From Patescibacteria group bacterium (lineage in GTDB: Bacteria > Patescibacteriota > Patescibacteriia > SG8-24 > DYFX01): 64,000 nt of DNA. The position numbers were made by a program, and so were the translations under genes. The notes under the pieces were generated by a model that searched no databases, was not told where the DNA came from, and worked only from the letters and a program-made list of their open reading frames with translations. The DNA lies in contig JBAZZB010000001.1 of the NCBI GenBank assembly GCA_041659045.1, forward strand, positions 134,111 to 198,110, in the 5' to 3' direction. Below are positions 18,888-27,369 of the stretch, one piece after another (within the stretch, counting starts at the first letter, position 1; each line of letters opens with the position of its first letter).

Positions 18888-19085
18888 TTAGTTTTCAGGC
18901 GTATGCGGAATGCGGTTCGGGCACGGGTCGATCATGCACAGGAGTCGATTGTACTGCGAAGCGACGACGTTCGTGATGGCGTGGCAGTGCTTGCATTTGA
19001 CCTCCACCGACCCCTCGACCAAGAGGCCTTTGAAGAGCAATTTTTTACACTGCCCGCAGCGATATTCGGAAAGGCAAACGGACAT
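18888..19085 (-). CDS. Mu Com-like zinc-ribbon protein
   Basis: YRCGQCKKLLFK...VEVKCKHC matches the Com pattern RCxxCxKLLFK...IEIxCxxC. Confidence 0.85.
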   Translation of the reverse strand: MSVCLSEYRCGQCKKLLFKGLLVEGSVEVKCKHCHAITNVVASQYNRLLCMIDPCPNRIPHTPEN

Positions 19086-19109
19086 ACGTACGGGTTATGC
19101 ACAGTCGTT

Positions 19110-19157
19110 CCACTAGATATAGTATCTCAAAAAAACTCTGACCACAATATGTGGTGT
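19110..19157. promoter_or_regulatory. Tandem NrdR boxes
   Basis: CCACTAGATATAGTAT (19110-19125) and CCACAATATGTGGTGT (19142-19157) fit acaCwAtATaTwGtgt; 32-bp offset; upstream of an RNR operon. Confidence 0.85.
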
Positions 19158-19245
19158 GGATGAAAATACGCCCCACAAGGCTCCGAAAGGGCGTTACCTT
19201 TCAAAAACCCATTCGTAGTACACTGGTGAGAGCGCTCCCAACCCC

Positions 19246-19767
19246 ATGGATACCCAACAATTTGCGTCGTTCTACGACGCGCATGTCCGCGACATCTATA
19301 AGTACCTCTATTACCGCACGCAGCATCGCGAGACGGCCGAGGATTTGACGTCTCAGGTTTTCTTGAAGGCACTCGATAAATTTGCTGCCTACGACGAAAC
19401 GCGTGGGACTTTTATCGCCTGGCTCTATCGCATCGCTCGGAACACACTGATCGATCATTACCGCGCCACGCGCGCGACGCTCGATATTGAAGACGTCTGG
19501 GATCTGCAATCCGATACCGACGTCGCACGAGACGCCGAAGCGCATGAGCGTATCGCCAAACTTCAGCCTTACCTCACGGCACTGCCGAAAGAACAACGCG
19601 AACTGCTCTTGCTGCGTCTCTGGGATGGGCTTTCGTACGCTGAGATTTCCGAAATCGTCGGCAAGAGCGAAGACGCCTGTAAAATGGCGTACTCACGCGT
19701 CGTCGCCAAACTCCGCAAAGAGGTTCCCGCCTCGATTCTGCTTCTCCTTCTCTTCACGCATCTATGA
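19246..19767 (+). CDS. ECF RNA polymerase sigma factor
   Basis: AEDLTSQVF, FIAWLYRIARNTLID, GLSYAEISEI. Confidence 0.95.
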   Translation: MDTQQFASFYDAHVRDIYKYLYYRTQHRETAEDLTSQVFLKALDKFAAYDETRGTFIAWLYRIARNTLIDHYRATRATLDIEDVWDLQSDTDVARDAEAHERIAKLQPYLTALPKEQRELLLLRLWDGLSYAEISEIVGKSEDACKMAYSRVVAKLRKEVPASILLLLLFTHL

Positions 19768-21281
19768 TCGACCAAAAACGTATCGACGCGCTTCTTGAGG
19801 AGCTCTACGCGATCCAACCGGATCTTCGCGCGCAAGACGCTCCGCTTCGCGCGCTCGTTCAAGAGCTACTGATCTCCAAGCCCGATGCGGCGCTCGATGA
19901 ACATTTCGTCGAACGCCTGCGTTCCGAGTTGCTCGCTCGCGCCTCCGCCGTTTCTCCTAAGTTCAACGTTATGAATATCTTCTCTACAAAACATCGTTTC
20001 CTTGTTCCGGGACTGGCTGTGCTTGTCCTGGCGGTAGCCGGTGCTACGGCCCTCCAAAGCATCCAGCAACCGGGGCGTCTGACATCATCCCGCGTTGCCA
20101 TGGCTCCTTCTTTGGAACGTGTGAACTCGAATGCCTTCGGCAAGCTTTCTGGCAGCAACGGTGACGCTGGTTCCAACGCCACGTTCATGGCTCCGGAAAC
20201 AGCGCCTTCTACGGCATCCCCGCGTCCGCAGTCCGGTGGCGGCGGTGGCATGGGCCTTACGGTCGATTCCAAAATGGTCGCGCCTGATTGGGTTCCGACG
20301 ATCTATCACTACGTCTACAAAGGCGAGGCCATTGAAAACCTGGACGCGCAGATTGACGTCTATCGCCGCGTAAAAGCCGCGCCGGCCGTCGGCCCGCTTT
20401 CCGCGCTCCAAGACGCAAACCTCGGTCTGGTTGATTTGAACAATGCCAAGGACGCCTTCGTGCAATCTTTCACGATCGCCGAAAAGCGCGACCAGGGCTA
20501 CGTCTTCAACGTCGATGCGCAGGAGGGTATGGTCAATATTTTCCAAAACGGAAAATGGATCTCACCGCTTTCGCGCTGCATCGATCAGAACTGCTATGAA
20601 CAGAACCGCCTGAAAGAAAGCGATTTGCTTTCCGACGAAGAATCGATCCGCATCGCCGACGCCTTCCTCGTCGAGTACGGCATCTCGAAGGCTGACTACG
20701 GCGCGCCGATCGTCAACAACCAGTGGCGCATGCAATACGCGGCCATGGACTCCGCCTCCCGTTCTTCCTTCTGGTTTCCTGAAGGCATCAGCGTCGTCTA
20801 CCCGGTTCTTGCCGACGGTAAAGTCGCTTACGACGAAAGTGGATATCCGTACGGCCTGAACGTGAACGTCGACGTACGCATGAAGCGCGTCCAGAGCGTC
20901 TGGAACCTCTTCACCCGCACCTATCAGGTTTCTTCGTACGCCGCAGAAACCGACGTGAAGCGTTTGCTTGGCATCGCTGAAAACACCGACAACTACGGAG
21001 GTGGATGGCCGGATAATGCCAAGCGCGTCGATGTTGAGCTCGGTACGCCGAAGATTGCCTACGTTCGCGCGTGGCAGCAATTGGGCACGACCGGTGCGGA
21101 ACTTCTCGTGCCCGCGCTTATCTTCCCGATCCAGAACGCACCTGCTGAGCTCTGGCGCCAGAACGTGATCGTTCCGCTCGCCAAAGATCTGCTCGATGCC
21201 TTGCCACCTATGGTTGGTATTCCCATGCCTGTCGATGCGCCCGTCATGATGGCTCCGCCTGAGGTGAAAGAAACAAAATAG
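19764..21281 (+). CDS. Putative anti-sigma/membrane-anchored partner of the ECF sigma
   Basis: Overlaps sigma stop (ATGA); short cytoplasmic N-terminus, single TM, large extracellular part. Confidence 0.65.
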   Translation: MIDQKRIDALLEELYAIQPDLRAQDAPLRALVQELLISKPDAALDEHFVERLRSELLARASAVSPKFNVMNIFSTKHRFLVPGLAVLVLAVAGATALQSIQQPGRLTSSRVAMAPSLERVNSNAFGKLSGSNGDAGSNATFMAPETAPSTASPRPQSGGGGGMGLTVDSKMVAPDWVPTIYHYVYKGEAIENLDAQIDVYRRVKAAPAVGPLSALQDANLGLVDLNNAKDAFVQSFTIAEKRDQGYVFNVDAQEGMVNIFQNGKWISPLSRCIDQNCYEQNRLKESDLLSDEESIRIADAFLVEYGISKADYGAPIVNNQWRMQYAAMDSASRSSFWFPEGISVVYPVLADGKVAYDESGYPYGLNVNVDVRMKRVQSVWNLFTRTYQVSSYAAETDVKRLLGIAENTDNYGGGWPDNAKRVDVELGTPKIAYVRAWQQLGTTGAELLVPALIFPIQNAPAELWRQNVIVPLAKDLLDALPPMVGIPMPVDAPVMMAPPEVKETK

Positions 21282-21285
21282 TACT

Positions 21286-21960
21286 ATGATCGAACAGGTT
21301 GGCCGTGTTGGCCGCGCGCCGGAACGGCTTGTCTATCGCGATCTGAAGCTGGAGCGAAAGGGTTTCCTTTCGCTCTTCAGCTTTGCGCTTGATGGTTCGA
21401 CGCATCGTTTCGATGGCATGGCACGCGGCCCGGCGGTCATCGTGCTTCCCGTCGACTTTGCTCGCCGCGAGCTCTATATGCTCCGCGAGATTCGTCCGCT
21501 CAAGCCGTTCGCGTATTTCGCGCGCGCGGAAGAAGCGCTTCGTGGCTTGCTGAAAGGCGCGAGCATCGAGAGTTACGAGGTTGAAGCGGAACACGCGCGT
21601 CTCTATGAGATGCCGGCCGGCATGATTGATGGGGATGAAACGCCCGAAGATGCCGCCGTGCGCGAACTGCGTGAAGAAACCGGACTCATCATCCCGACCA
21701 CCCGGCTTCGACGGGTGGCTTCGGCGTTTCCGTCGATCGGTGGTTCGACAGAGCTCGTGTACCTGTTCATCGCTGATTTGCCGGAGACACACGCTCAAGA
21801 TCGCGAAGAGGCGCGGGGTGACGGGGGAGAGGAAATCGAGATTTTAAAAATGGGCTGGGACGATGCTTTTGCGCTTTTGGAAAAAGAAACGCTCGGCGTT
21901 TCGTCCGGTTTGTTGCTGCGCGAGCTCAAGGTGCTGGACATGCAGAGGAAATTGGGTTAA
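21286..21960 (+). CDS. NUDIX hydrolase (ADP-ribose pyrophosphatase-like)
   Basis: EMPAGMID...AAVRELREETG. Confidence 0.9.
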   Translation: MIEQVGRVGRAPERLVYRDLKLERKGFLSLFSFALDGSTHRFDGMARGPAVIVLPVDFARRELYMLREIRPLKPFAYFARAEEALRGLLKGASIESYEVEAEHARLYEMPAGMIDGDETPEDAAVRELREETGLIIPTTRLRRVASAFPSIGGSTELVYLFIADLPETHAQDREEARGDGGEEIEILKMGWDDAFALLEKETLGVSSGLLLRELKVLDMQRKLG

Positions 21961-21990
21961 CCTCCGTACGCACTCGAAGCGGAGGAATTC

Positions 21991-22413
21991 GTGAGCGATC
22001 AATACGTTCTTCTGACCGAGCCACTTTTCGTTCTGGGGTCCGGGATTGGGTATGAGCGCGAGGTCTTGCTGTGGACGCCACCGACCGACGACGAAGTATC
22101 GGCGTGGCAAGTTCCGAACGCGGCACTCGTGTATCAGCTCTTCCATTGGCTGGATGTGCCCAAGGTCACTGCTGCCGAGCTCAAGAGCTTTGTCGAGCGG
22201 CGTCTGCTGACCGCGCCCAATGCGCCGCATGTGGGCTTGAGTTGCGCGTTGTTGCCAAAGCAGCGCTTCGAGCGGCTGCAGGCGCGCATGATGGAGCGCA
22301 GCGTCACGATCTTCAAGGTGTTCAAGTATAGAGAGATCGTGAAGAAGACGTCGCCTTTCGACTGGCAGACGGTCTGCATGCTGCTCTACGCGTTCGAACA
22401 TCTTGATCGGTAA
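21991..22413 (+). CDS. Hypothetical protein
   Basis: GTG start with GGAGGA SD. Confidence 0.6.
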   Translation: MSDQYVLLTEPLFVLGSGIGYEREVLLWTPPTDDEVSAWQVPNAALVYQLFHWLDVPKVTAAELKSFVERRLLTAPNAPHVGLSCALLPKQRFERLQARMMERSVTIFKVFKYREIVKKTSPFDWQTVCMLLYAFEHLDR

Positions 22414-22418
22414 CGCTT

Positions 22419-22444
22419 TGCGCGTCGCTCACGGGCGACCTGTC
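22419..22444. repeat. Family A palindrome, degenerate copy
   Basis: TGCGCGTCGCTCACGGGCGACCTGTC directly followed by TTGACG-17-GATACT. Confidence 0.6.
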
Positions 22445-22513
22445 TTGACGGCGAGTCGGAAATGGGAGATACTCCCTGTCGATTCGCCTTTTCTTTTCAG
22501 GAGAAGAAGTAGC

Positions 22514-22897
22514 ATGAGTGAAGATCCGAGGGCGGCCCTCTTTCGCAAAGAAGCTGACGCGAAGGGGATGACGCTCAAGATAACAGGCGATGATTGTCTG
22601 GATGTCGAAACACGGTTCACGTTCGCTTTGAAACGAGGAACGATCGTCACGTCACGTCACCCCACGCAGCTGACAGGGCTTCTCAAGCTCGCCGAGGCTG
22701 TCTGGGGACGCATGCAGGGCGATCATGCGGAGTTGATGCTCGTCAGTGCGCGGCGCGAAGATCTTCACCCGTCAGCGTCGCCAGCGAACGTCGTCTGGCA
22801 GCTGGCGGGTACGCAACCGTCACGCATCACGTTCAGTACCTGGCTCGAAGATCAGCTCCTTCTCTCCAAGGCCGTGTTGCTCAGGGGTTTCCCGTAG
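22514..22897 (+). CDS. Hypothetical protein
   Basis: AGGAGA SD, own promoter, T-tract after stop. Confidence 0.6.
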   Translation: MSEDPRAALFRKEADAKGMTLKITGDDCLDVETRFTFALKRGTIVTSRHPTQLTGLLKLAEAVWGRMQGDHAELMLVSARREDLHPSASPANVVWQLAGTQPSRITFSTWLEDQLLLSKAVLLRGFP

Positions 22898-22946
22898 CAC
22901 CGGCCTTTTTTGTTTGAGATGCACGCATCTGCTACGATGTGGGCGT

Positions 22947-23417
22947 ATGGTCAAGACGCTCACCCTCTGCGTCGTCCGCAACGACACCCACATTCTTTTG
23001 GGTATGAAAAAACGCGGATTCGGCGAGGGGCGTTGGAACGGTTTTGGTGGCAAAGTTCAGCTCGGTGAGACAATCGAAGAGGCTGCGCGACGAGAACTGC
23101 AAGAAGAGTGCGGTCTCGAAGCTGAAACACTCGAGAAGCGTGGTGTGCTAACCTTTGAATTTGCGACCTTGCCGGAAGTGCTTGAAGTCCACGTCTACGA
23201 AGTGACGGCGCATCGTGGCGAACCGGTCGAGTCCGATGAGATGCGTCCTGCGTGGTTCCGATTGACCGACATCCCATTTAACGAGATGTGGCCGGATGAT
23301 CGTCACTGGCTTCCGATTTTTTTGGAAGGGCAGCAGGTGCACGGAAAGTTCTATTTCCTTGATGCCGAAACCTTACTCGATTTCACTCTTCACGAGGGAC
23401 TCCCTCAACCCGTATGA
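22947..23417 (+). CDS. 8-oxo-dGTP diphosphatase (MTH1/NUDT1-like)
   Basis: LLGMKKRGFGEGRWNGFGGKV...AARRELQEE, MWPDD. Confidence 0.92.
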   Translation: MVKTLTLCVVRNDTHILLGMKKRGFGEGRWNGFGGKVQLGETIEEAARRELQEECGLEAETLEKRGVLTFEFATLPEVLEVHVYEVTAHRGEPVESDEMRPAWFRLTDIPFNEMWPDDRHWLPIFLEGQQVHGKFYFLDAETLLDFTLHEGLPQPV

Positions 23418-23926
23418 AAACGTACATTATCGCGTCTGCACTGCTCGTTACGCTCGGTGCGGGTTGCGTTTCCTCGCAGCCTGTTGCGCAGCCACCTGTG
23501 AACGAGCAGCCCGCACCAGCTCCGCAGCCCGCGCCGGCCGCTGTTAACGAAGATCCGGTCTACGGCCCTTCGTACAAAGCGAACATGATTGTTGTCGACA
23601 AGATTCGTCTCGGCGAGAAGATCGCGAGCCCTCTCGTGATTACGGGTAAGGCGCGCGGGAACTGGTATTTTGAGGCCAGCTTTCCGGTTGAACTTGTCGA
23701 CTCGAACAACAAACTCATTGCGAACGGTATCGCACAGGCTCAAGGCGACTGGATGACAACGAACTTCGTGCCGTTCAAAACGACGCTGACGTTTTTGACG
23801 CCGGACATGTACAACATGAACGCGACGTTGATTTTCCGGAAAGACAACCCGTCCGGCGAACCGCAAAACGACGACCAGATGCGCTTCCCAGTCCAGTTTG
23901 ATATCAACGAAGTCAACGCGGAATAA
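23414..23926 (+). CDS. Lipoprotein with Gmad2 Ig-like domain
   Basis: LGAGC lipobox; SPL.ITG.ARGNWYFEASFPV, KDNPSG. Confidence 0.85.
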   Translation: MKTYIIASALLVTLGAGCVSSQPVAQPPVNEQPAPAPQPAPAAVNEDPVYGPSYKANMIVVDKIRLGEKIASPLVITGKARGNWYFEASFPVELVDSNNKLIANGIAQAQGDWMTTNFVPFKTTLTFLTPDMYNMNATLIFRKDNPSGEPQNDDQMRFPVQFDINEVNAE

Positions 23927-23929
23927 GAG

Positions 23930-25777
23930 ATGCCTATGGCTGGCGAGGAACGCGCACTCTTGGTGTACGACGGTGATTGCGCTTCCTGCAACCTGTGGGT
24001 CGATCACTGGCGCACGCTGACGGGGGAGCGCGTTCAATACACTTCCTCTCAAGAGATCGCTGAAAAATTCCCGGACGTCCCGCGCGAGAAATACGCTCGC
24101 GCGGTGCAATTGATCGATGCGGACGGCTCCCGCCTTGAAGGCGCTGCGGCCGTTTTTGCCTTACATGCGAAGCGTCCAGGTTTTGGTTGGATGAAAAAAC
24201 TCTACGAGGCGCCGGCCGTTGCTCCGGTTTCGGAGTGGGTCTATCGACTCGTGGCGCGCCACCGTCCTTTCTTTCTCAAACTTACGCATCTGCTTTGGGG
24301 GAAAAAGCTTGAAACGCCGCGCTACGGTTTGACGTCGCGTCTCTTTTTGCAAGCGCTCTCCGCGATCTATTTTTTCGCTTTTATTTCGTTGCTCTCGCAA
24401 CTGCCCGGCCTGGTCGGGGAGCAAGGGCTGTTGCCGGCGCAAACCTCGTTGGCGGCGGCGCGTGCAGAACACGGGTTTGCGGCTGTCTGGCTTGCTCCGA
24501 CATTCGCGTGGTTCGGCGCGCACACAGGAGCGCTGCAATTCATGGCTCTTCTGGGCACGCTCGCGGCGCTTCTCGCTTTTGGTGGAATCTTGCTCGCGCC
24601 GTGCCTCGCGCTCATGTGGGCCCTTTATCTGTCTCTTGTGGTTATTGGGCAATCCTTCGCCGGATTTCAGTGGGACCTGCTCTTGCTCGAAGCGGGCTTC
24701 TTGGCGATCTTCTTGGTGCCGTTCCGTCGCGCTGTCAGCTACCGGTCGCGACTTGAGACGTCTGGGACGGTACTGTGGCTCTACCGGTTTTTACTTTTCC
24801 GACTTCTTCTCGCCTCCGGCTTCATGAGGTTCTTTCCCGAAGGTGCCGGTTGGTTCAACCTCTCGTTCCTGTCTTCGTATTTTGAAACCCAACCGTTGCC
24901 AACAACGATCGCATGGTTCGCGCATCAAGTGCCGGTGGGTGTTCTGAGTGTGTTGGCGCTCTTCCTGTGCGTTTTCGAGCTCCTCGTGCCGTTCCTCTTT
25001 TTCCTACCATCGCGGGCGCGTCGTCTGGGCGCTTTGTTGATGGCTGGATACCAGCTCTTCTGGCTTCTGACCGGCAATTTCGCTTTCTTGCACCTGCTGG
25101 CGCTCGTGCTGTGTCTGCCTCTGCTTGATGATGCGTTGATTGAACGCGTGCTCCCGCGTCTTCGCGCGAAACATCCGTTTGTTCCCGCGCGCGATGGGGT
25201 GTGGCGCAGGCGATTGATCACGACGCTCGCCGTCGCGCTCGTGACGCTTGGTCTCACGCGTCTTTTTGCGATATTCACGCGCGTCCCCGCGCCAGCCTTG
25301 CTCCTCACGGCCGTCATTGCTCCACTGCGTGTTTCAAACGACTACGGTTTCTTTGGTGTGACGACAGCCGCACGGCAGGAGGTCATTATTGAAGGATCGA
25401 CGGATGGTGTCGTTTGGAAAGAATATGGGTTTGTACAAAAGCCGGGTGATCCGAAACGCGCCCCGGGTTGGGCCATGGTATTTCAGTCACGTCTCGACTG
25501 GCGCATGTGGAGCGCGGCGCGGAGCGAACCGACCACGTATCCTTGGGTTGCGCATTTGATGATCCGTTTACTGCAAGGATCAGAGCCTGTTCTCGCGCTG
25601 TTCGAGGAGAATCCGTTCCCGCAGTCGCCGCCGAAGTACGTGCGTGCTACGCTGTACGCGTACCGTTTCACGACGCCGGAGGAACGTGCACGCGATGGTG
25701 CGTGGTGGCGTCGTGAAATGAAATCTTCGTATCTTCCAACTCTTTCCTTGGGCGCGCAGCCCGGAGGTGCACCGTGA
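23930..25777 (+). CDS. DCC1-like thiol-disulfide domain fused to lipase maturation factor domain
   Basis: YDGDCASC N-terminus; FQWDLLLLEAGFL, ETQPLP, TGNFAFL, KPGD, RLDWRMW. Confidence 0.9.
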   Translation: MPMAGEERALLVYDGDCASCNLWVDHWRTLTGERVQYTSSQEIAEKFPDVPREKYARAVQLIDADGSRLEGAAAVFALHAKRPGFGWMKKLYEAPAVAPVSEWVYRLVARHRPFFLKLTHLLWGKKLETPRYGLTSRLFLQALSAIYFFAFISLLSQLPGLVGEQGLLPAQTSLAAARAEHGFAAVWLAPTFAWFGAHTGALQFMALLGTLAALLAFGGILLAPCLALMWALYLSLVVIGQSFAGFQWDLLLLEAGFLAIFLVPFRRAVSYRSRLETSGTVLWLYRFLLFRLLLASGFMRFFPEGAGWFNLSFLSSYFETQPLPTTIAWFAHQVPVGVLSVLALFLCVFELLVPFLFFLPSRARRLGALLMAGYQLFWLLTGNFAFLHLLALVLCLPLLDDALIERVLPRLRAKHPFVPARDGVWRRRLITTLAVALVTLGLTRLFAIFTRVPAPALLLTAVIAPLRVSNDYGFFGVTTAARQEVIIEGSTDGVVWKEYGFVQKPGDPKRAPGWAMVFQSRLDWRMWSAARSEPTTYPWVAHLMIRLLQGSEPVLALFEENPFPQSPPKYVRATLYAYRFTTPEERARDGAWWRREMKSSYLPTLSLGAQPGGAP

Positions 25778-26025
25778 GCGATGATGATGAAGATGAAAAA
25801 CCCGATCAGATAGACAAATCGAAACCGCTCCTCGATGAAGCGGTCGATGATCTCAAGGCACTCTTGAGCAAGCTGGAAGACCTGAATTCACTCTTTCCCG
25901 CGACGCGCGCGTTTCTTGCGATGCAGGGCGTCGACCATGTACGCGATTTGTCGCCAGAAAAGCGAGAAGAGCTCATGGTGTTCTTGCAAGCCGAGCGCAA
26001 CTCGCTCCACAAGCCCCCGAACTGA
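25774..26025 (+). CDS. Small hypothetical protein
   Basis: GTGA overlap with the upstream stop. Confidence 0.55.
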   Translation: MSDDDEDEKPDQIDKSKPLLDEAVDDLKALLSKLEDLNSLFPATRAFLAMQGVDHVRDLSPEKREELMVFLQAERNSLHKPPN

Positions 26026-26079
26026 CCCCGTATGCGTGGGGCGAGCGTTCGGGGGATTTTTGTTGTAGACTTCCGTCAT

Positions 26080-26964
26080 ATGCCTCATGTTGTCTTGATG
26101 GGTTCCGGAAAACTCGGCAGCGCCATTGCGCACGTGCTCGCTAAAAAACGCATCCGCGTTGAAGCTTGGGACGTGCTGCCAGGAAAAGTTCCGCGGCAAA
26201 AGCCGCTTGAAAAAATCGTGCCCGGAGCGGAAGCCGTCTTTTTGTGCCTGCCGTCCTGGTGCCTGCGTGACGCCGCGACGACGCTCGCGCCGCTTCTGGC
26301 CAAGAAAACAGCTGTTGTTTCCGTTTCCAAGGGTTTGGAAAAGGGGACACTCCTTACAGCCGACGCGCTCTTGCATCAAACATTGCCGGAAGGCGCACCG
26401 TTTGTTTTTCTTGGCGGCCCGCTTTTGGCCGACGAGCTTTTATCCAGCCAGCCCGGCGTCGGCGTCGCCGCTTCCGCCGATCCGGCGGCGCGCCGTACGA
26501 TGGAGAAACTTTTTTCCGGCACGCGTCTCCGTATTGAAGCAACCGATGACGTCGCAGGGACCGTCTGGTCGGCGATCTTGAAGAACGTCTATGCGATCGG
26601 TCTTGGTATGACCGAAGGCTTGGGTTGGGGTGCGAATGCTCGCGGCTGGTTTGTCGCGGCCGCCGTGCAGGAAGCGGGGGAAATCCTTGTTGATCTCGGA
26701 GGCCGCAAGGAAACTTTTCACGGTACAGCTGGCGTCGGCGATCTCGTCGCCACGGGCTTGAGCCCGCATTCCAAAAACCGCACGCTCGGCGAAGCCTGGG
26801 CGAAACATGGCAAAGCACCATTTGAAAGCGAAGGGAAAATTTCTTTGGCGCCGCTTTTGAAGTTGCTTGGTGCGCGCGCCAAGAAACGACGCTTACTTAT
26901 GGCGCTCAAGGCTACGCTTTTGGACGGCAAAAAAGCAAAGAAGGTTTTCGAGGGGTTGTTGTAA
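26080..26964 (+). CDS. gpsA: NAD(P)H-dependent glycerol-3-phosphate dehydrogenase
   Basis: GSGKLG, SKGLE, LKNVYAI, GVGDLVAT, SKNR. Confidence 0.9.
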   Translation: MPHVVLMGSGKLGSAIAHVLAKKRIRVEAWDVLPGKVPRQKPLEKIVPGAEAVFLCLPSWCLRDAATTLAPLLAKKTAVVSVSKGLEKGTLLTADALLHQTLPEGAPFVFLGGPLLADELLSSQPGVGVAASADPAARRTMEKLFSGTRLRIEATDDVAGTVWSAILKNVYAIGLGMTEGLGWGANARGWFVAAAVQEAGEILVDLGGRKETFHGTAGVGDLVATGLSPHSKNRTLGEAWAKHGKAPFESEGKISLAPLLKLLGARAKKRRLLMALKATLLDGKKAKKVFEGLL

Positions 26965-26970
26965 GTCATC

Positions 26971-27023
26971 CTACGCCACTCGCGAGTGACGTGGCCTGGC
27001 ACGTCGTTCGCGGACGACGTGCC
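26971..27023. repeat. Family A palindrome doublet upstream of umuD
   Basis: CTACGCCACTCGCGAGTGACGTGG (26971-26994) and GGCACGTCGTTCGCGGACGACGTGCC (26998-27023) followed by TTG. Confidence 0.8.
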
Positions 27024-27060
27024 TTGCGCTGTTCGCCATAACGGACGGTACGGTGGGAGC

Positions 27061-27369
27061 ATGCCCACCATTCAATTTTTCCAACCGGAAGAGGGTCGAC
27101 GTTTTGACGGCCCGCTTGATCTGAATACGCACGTTATCCGTCATCCCGCAGCGACGTTCTTTTTGCGCGTTGGACCGGACGTGCGTGGTGATGCTGATGT
27201 GCGCTCTGACGATTTGTTAGTTGTTGACCGTTCGGTTACCGCTTTTCCGAACGCGGTCGCTGTGGTCGTGCGGGGAGGCGAATTGCGCGTTGAGCGCTTG
27301 CGCCGATCGGGAGATGAGGAAACGGAGCTTTGGGGTGTCGTGACGCACCTGATCCGTGCGCTGCCATGA
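27061..27369 (+). CDS. umuD: UmuD-like protein, shortened and lacking catalytic Ser/Lys
   Basis: LDLN..VIRHPAATFFLRV, DLLVVDRS, LWGVVTH; ATGA overlap with umuC. Confidence 0.8.
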   Translation: MPTIQFFQPEEGRRFDGPLDLNTHVIRHPAATFFLRVGPDVRGDADVRSDDLLVVDRSVTAFPNAVAVVVRGGELRVERLRRSGDEETELWGVVTHLIRALP

